IMG/VR virus record: IMGVR_UViG_3300012940_000036 | Location: 1-47,242 of that record | Origin: a virus | Lineage: Duplodnaviria > Caudoviricetes | Direction: 5' to 3' (one strand) | DNA length: 47,242 nt | In this document: piece after piece, positions 44,860 to 47,242 of the stretch | Layout: each line of letters opens with the position of its first letter | How positions within the stretch are numbered: position 1 is the stretch's first letter | Made by a program: the position numbers and the translations under genes | The notes under the pieces: model-generated | Told to the model about the DNA's origin: nothing | Database searches by the model: none | Seen by the model: the letters and a program-made list of their open reading frames with translations, nothing else

Positions 44860-45139
44860 GCTGAAGCCCATCGCCTGGGCGACGGTCTACACCCGTGCCG
44901 GAAACGAGGATCGCATCGAGATTGGTGATGCCAACCCTGTGCGGGAATGCAATGCCGAACTCTGGGGCTGGCAGCACCGGCGCGTTCCGCTGGTGGAAAT
45001 CCCCGCCGACCAGGTGCTGGTGCCAATCGAGCTATTGAAGCGCTTGCAGGATCACATCGAGTACGACGCGATTGGATCACCAAGTGCATCCATTGCATCC
45101 GATCTTGCCGACGAACTCCGCGCCCTCCTCCAATCCTAA
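44852..45139 (+). CDS. Hypothetical protein
   Basis: AAGGAG RBS; coupled ORF. Confidence 0.7.
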   Translation: MPELKPIAWATVYTRAGNEDRIEIGDANPVRECNAELWGWQHRRVPLVEIPADQVLVPIELLKRLQDHIEYDAIGSPSASIASDLADELRALLQS

Positions 45140-45179
45140 CCATTCCCCTTAACCGCACACCCATATGGGAGGCATTACC

Positions 45180-45623
45180 GTGCCTGACATTCAAGCAACC
45201 TACATCGAAGTGAGCGCCGAAGTGCGCTATTGGGAAGACGCCAAGATCAACGGGCAGGAGGACAGTGACGGCTCTCTGGTGCCGTTCCGTCGTGACGACC
45301 TCTGGTGTCCAGTGATCCGCCTGGAAGATGGCATGGTGATGGACTGGCCGGCCGGCATGATCGCCGACATCCACTACAAGGTCTGCGACGCAGGCCAGTA
45401 CTGGCTGCTCGACGACAACCGGCAACGTGTCGCCCAGTGGGCCGGCTACTACGTACCGGACGACTTCCTCTGCCCGACCGAGAACGGCTATGGCGACTAC
45501 ATCATCTTCAAGGTGGGCGTCGATGGCCTGATCAAGAGTTGGAGCAAGCCCGAGATCGAATGGGGTGGCCGCGAGGATGATCAGGAAGGCTGGAAGCGCC
45601 TTGAGGAGAACGACCGTGCCTGA
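45180..45623 (+). CDS. Hypothetical protein
   Basis: GGAGG RBS with GTG start; VRYWED and YKVCDAG motifs. Confidence 0.8.
   Translation: MPDIQATYIEVSAEVRYWEDAKINGQEDSDGSLVPFRRDDLWCPVIRLEDGMVMDWPAGMIADIHYKVCDAGQYWLLDDNRQRVAQWAGYYVPDDFLCPTENGYGDYIIFKVGVDGLIKSWSKPEIEWGGREDDQEGWKRLEENDRA
45343..45370 (+). repeat. 28-bp direct repeat, copy 2
   Basis: Identical to 40978-41005. Confidence 0.9.
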
Positions 45624-45885
45624 CGAAATTTCCTATGAATCCGAACTGGCCAGCAAGTGCCAGGGTGCCGCCCAGTGCCTTAGCTACAACGGCCCGAAGC
45701 ATGAGGCCGAGGCGAAGCACGTCCTGCATGAAGCATCGCACGCGCTCGACAAACATGCTGTGCGCGTGTCCGAGGACTTCCCTGGTCTTCTGATAACCAA
45801 TGCTCGCGGCGAGTCTCGGTATATGACATGGCGTGAGCGTCTGGCCCGCTGGCTGCTCAAGGGTGCCCTGGAGATTCGGCCATGA
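45616..45885 (+). CDS. Hypothetical protein
   Basis: GAGGAG RBS with GTG start. Confidence 0.7.
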   Translation: MPDEISYESELASKCQGAAQCLSYNGPKHEAEAKHVLHEASHALDKHAVRVSEDFPGLLITNARGESRYMTWRERLARWLLKGALEIRP

Positions 45886-46109
45886 CCGACATTCGAGAAG
45901 AGTTTGAAGCGTGGCACCACGCTGAGTTCGGCTACTGCATCTCTGAGGAAGATGATGCTTGGAACGCCGGGGAATGCGCCAAGCGCTGGGAAACCTGGCA
46001 AGCCAGCCGCGCGGCTCTGAAGGTGGAGCTGCCGGACTGGGAGTTCCCGCATTACTCCGAGATAGTCGAAGCCCTCCAGCAAGCCGGAATCGAGGTGAAG
46101 CAGCCATGA
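45882..46109 (+). CDS. Hypothetical protein
   Basis: IREEFEAW...WQASRAAL phage module; coupled. Confidence 0.72.
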   Translation: MTDIREEFEAWHHAEFGYCISEEDDAWNAGECAKRWETWQASRAALKVELPDWEFPHYSEIVEALQQAGIEVKQP

Positions 46110-46471
46110 CCGACCGTGAACTCCTGGAGCTGGCGGCGAAGGCGGCTGGATATCAGTTCTCTACTTCGATGCGCAGCCTTTCCCAGCCGCCAGTTCCGGT
46201 AATCCTCGCAGAGTCAGGGCGCTGGAAGCAGTGGGATCCGCTGCATGACGATGGCGATGCGCTGCGCCTGGCGGCAAAACTCAAATTGGCAGTCGCATAT
46301 ACGCTGGACGAAATTCCTTGCGAGCCAAGCAAGTGCATGGTCGGCAAGAAACCTTGGAATGGCGGAGAGCCAATCTGCTGGGAGCGCTTCCAGGGAGACC
46401 AGGAACGCTATGCAGCAACTCGTCGCGCCATCGTCCGCGCCGCGGCCGAGGTCGGGAGGCAGATGGGATGA
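46106..46471 (+). CDS. Hypothetical protein
   Basis: MTDRELLELAAKAAG and WDPLHDDGDALRLA phage motifs. Confidence 0.8.
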   Translation: MTDRELLELAAKAAGYQFSTSMRSLSQPPVPVILAESGRWKQWDPLHDDGDALRLAAKLKLAVAYTLDEIPCEPSKCMVGKKPWNGGEPICWERFQGDQERYAATRRAIVRAAAEVGRQMG

Positions 46472-46722
46472 GCGAATGGCAGCCGATTGATACCGCGCCG
46501 AGGGACGGAACCGAGATCATCCTGCGCCGAGGAGCTCGCGTGAGCTCCGGCGCCTGGATTGAGTGGAGCAAGTCCGCGGCAGAACACCACTCCACAACCG
46601 GCGAATACCTCGGTCAGGTCGAGTACGACAGCGGAGCTAACTGGGGGTCCTGGGATGGCGGGTTCACTGAAGAAGAACCCCCAACCCACTGGCAGCCCCT
46701 CCCCGCCCCACCCTCCGCATAA
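46468..46722 (+). CDS. DUF551-like protein
   Basis: WQPIDTAPRDG...PTHWQPLPAPP. Confidence 0.82.
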   Translation: MSEWQPIDTAPRDGTEIILRRGARVSSGAWIEWSKSAAEHHSTTGEYLGQVEYDSGANWGSWDGGFTEEEPPTHWQPLPAPPSA

Positions 46723-46774
46723 CCCAACCCCATTCCACCATCGCCGGCCAGCGCCGGCGCGATGAGGTATTGCC

Positions 46775-47017
46775 ATGAGCGCAGCAGAGAAAATCGATCG
46801 CTTCATGCGCATCGAAGAAGTACTCCACACCACCGGCCTGGGGAAGAACACCCTGTATCGTCGGATTCGCGAAGGCTCGTTCCCGAAACAGGTTAGAATA
46901 GGGCCCAACTCGGTCGCCTGGCGCCAGTCTGATGTCGAAGACTGGATGCGGCGAATCAGCCCCAGCAACGACCAATCAGTACATCAATCAGTACACCAGC
47001 TGCGCGAAATCCTCTGA
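46775..47017 (+). CDS. AlpA-family excisionase / recombination directionality factor
   Basis: FMRIEEVLHTTGLGKNTLYRRIREGSFPKQVRIG; adjacent to attR. Confidence 0.9.
   Translation: MSAAEKIDRFMRIEEVLHTTGLGKNTLYRRIREGSFPKQVRIGPNSVAWRQSDVEDWMRRISPSNDQSVHQSVHQLREIL
46972..46997 (+). promoter_or_regulatory. Integrase arm-type sites, right arm (CAATCAGTACA twice)
   Basis: Tandem repeat, 22/26 identical to 662-687. Confidence 0.7.
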
Positions 47018-47050
47018 GGTCAGCGCGCCATCTGCATCACAGGAAATTTC

Positions 47051-47242
47051 GTGGAACTGTTCAAGGAATTCACTTTCGAGTCCGCCCACCGCCTGCCCCA
47101 CGTCCCGGAGGGCCACAAGTGCGGCCGCTTGCACGGCCACTCCTTCCGCGTGGCGCTGTACATCGAGGGCGAGGTCGACCCGCATACCGGCTGGATCCGC
47201 GACTTCTCCGAGATCAAGCAGATCTTCAAGCCGATCTACGAA
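47051..47242 (+). CDS. queD: Host 6-carboxy-5,6,7,8-tetrahydropterin synthase, 3'-truncated by the window
   Basis: Hand translation [32 protein letters not shown] with the CxxxHGH motif; phage-derived AGGA RBS and GTG. Confidence 0.95.
   Translation, partial: MELFKEFTFESAHRLPHVPEGHKCGRLHGHSFRVALYIEGEVDPHTGWIRDFSEIKQIFKPIYE
47052..47066 (+). repeat. attR core TGGAACTGTTCAAGG
   Basis: Identical to 533-547. Confidence 0.92.

Larger units (their letters stand above)
533..47066. mobile_element. Complete temperate prophage (contractile tail, lambdoid regulation) integrated at the 5' end of queD
   Basis: Flanking 15-bp direct repeats; integrase at the left end and AlpA excisionase at the right end; full head, tail, lysis, replication and immunity modules. 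Confidence 0.95.

Noticed and set aside
533-47066. tRNA or tmRNA at the attachment site or within the prophage
   Set aside because: The att core is protein-coding queD sequence and no tRNA cloverleaf was recognised by eye

Overview
The window holds one apparently complete temperate prophage of about 46.5 kb (roughly 533-47066) in a high-GC, Pseudomonas-like host. It is integrated into the extreme 5' end of host queD (6-carboxy-5,6,7,8-tetrahydropterin synthase, preQ0/queuosine pathway). A 15-bp att core, TGGAACTGTTCAAGG, sits at 533-547 and 47052-47066, and the phage end supplies a new RBS and GTG start so queD stays intact. Gene order: P4-like integrase; spanins and GH19 endolysin; contractile-tail and baseplate genes with morons and an HNH-AP2 endonuclease; head genes, terminases and holins; Q-like and Nin genes; primase and helicase; cro/cI switch; immunity-region accessory genes; then a long early operon with Acb2, a pentapeptide protein, RecT/YqaJ and an AlpA excisionase. 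Top candidate system: a two-gene cassette (QueF-like T-fold protein plus a DpdA/TGT-like transglycosylase, 41086-42170) for 7-deazaguanine DNA modification, with no precursor-synthesis genes of its own, lying in the same-strand early operon that runs into the host queD it has re-wired. Other highlights: a ~450-nt densely structured non-coding region upstream of the helicase-primase, a type I toxin-antitoxin-like locus in the baseplate operon, a candidate two-gene defence module in the rex position, and a cluster of small RNA-like units. All family assignments come from motif recognition by eye and from memory; no database search was run.
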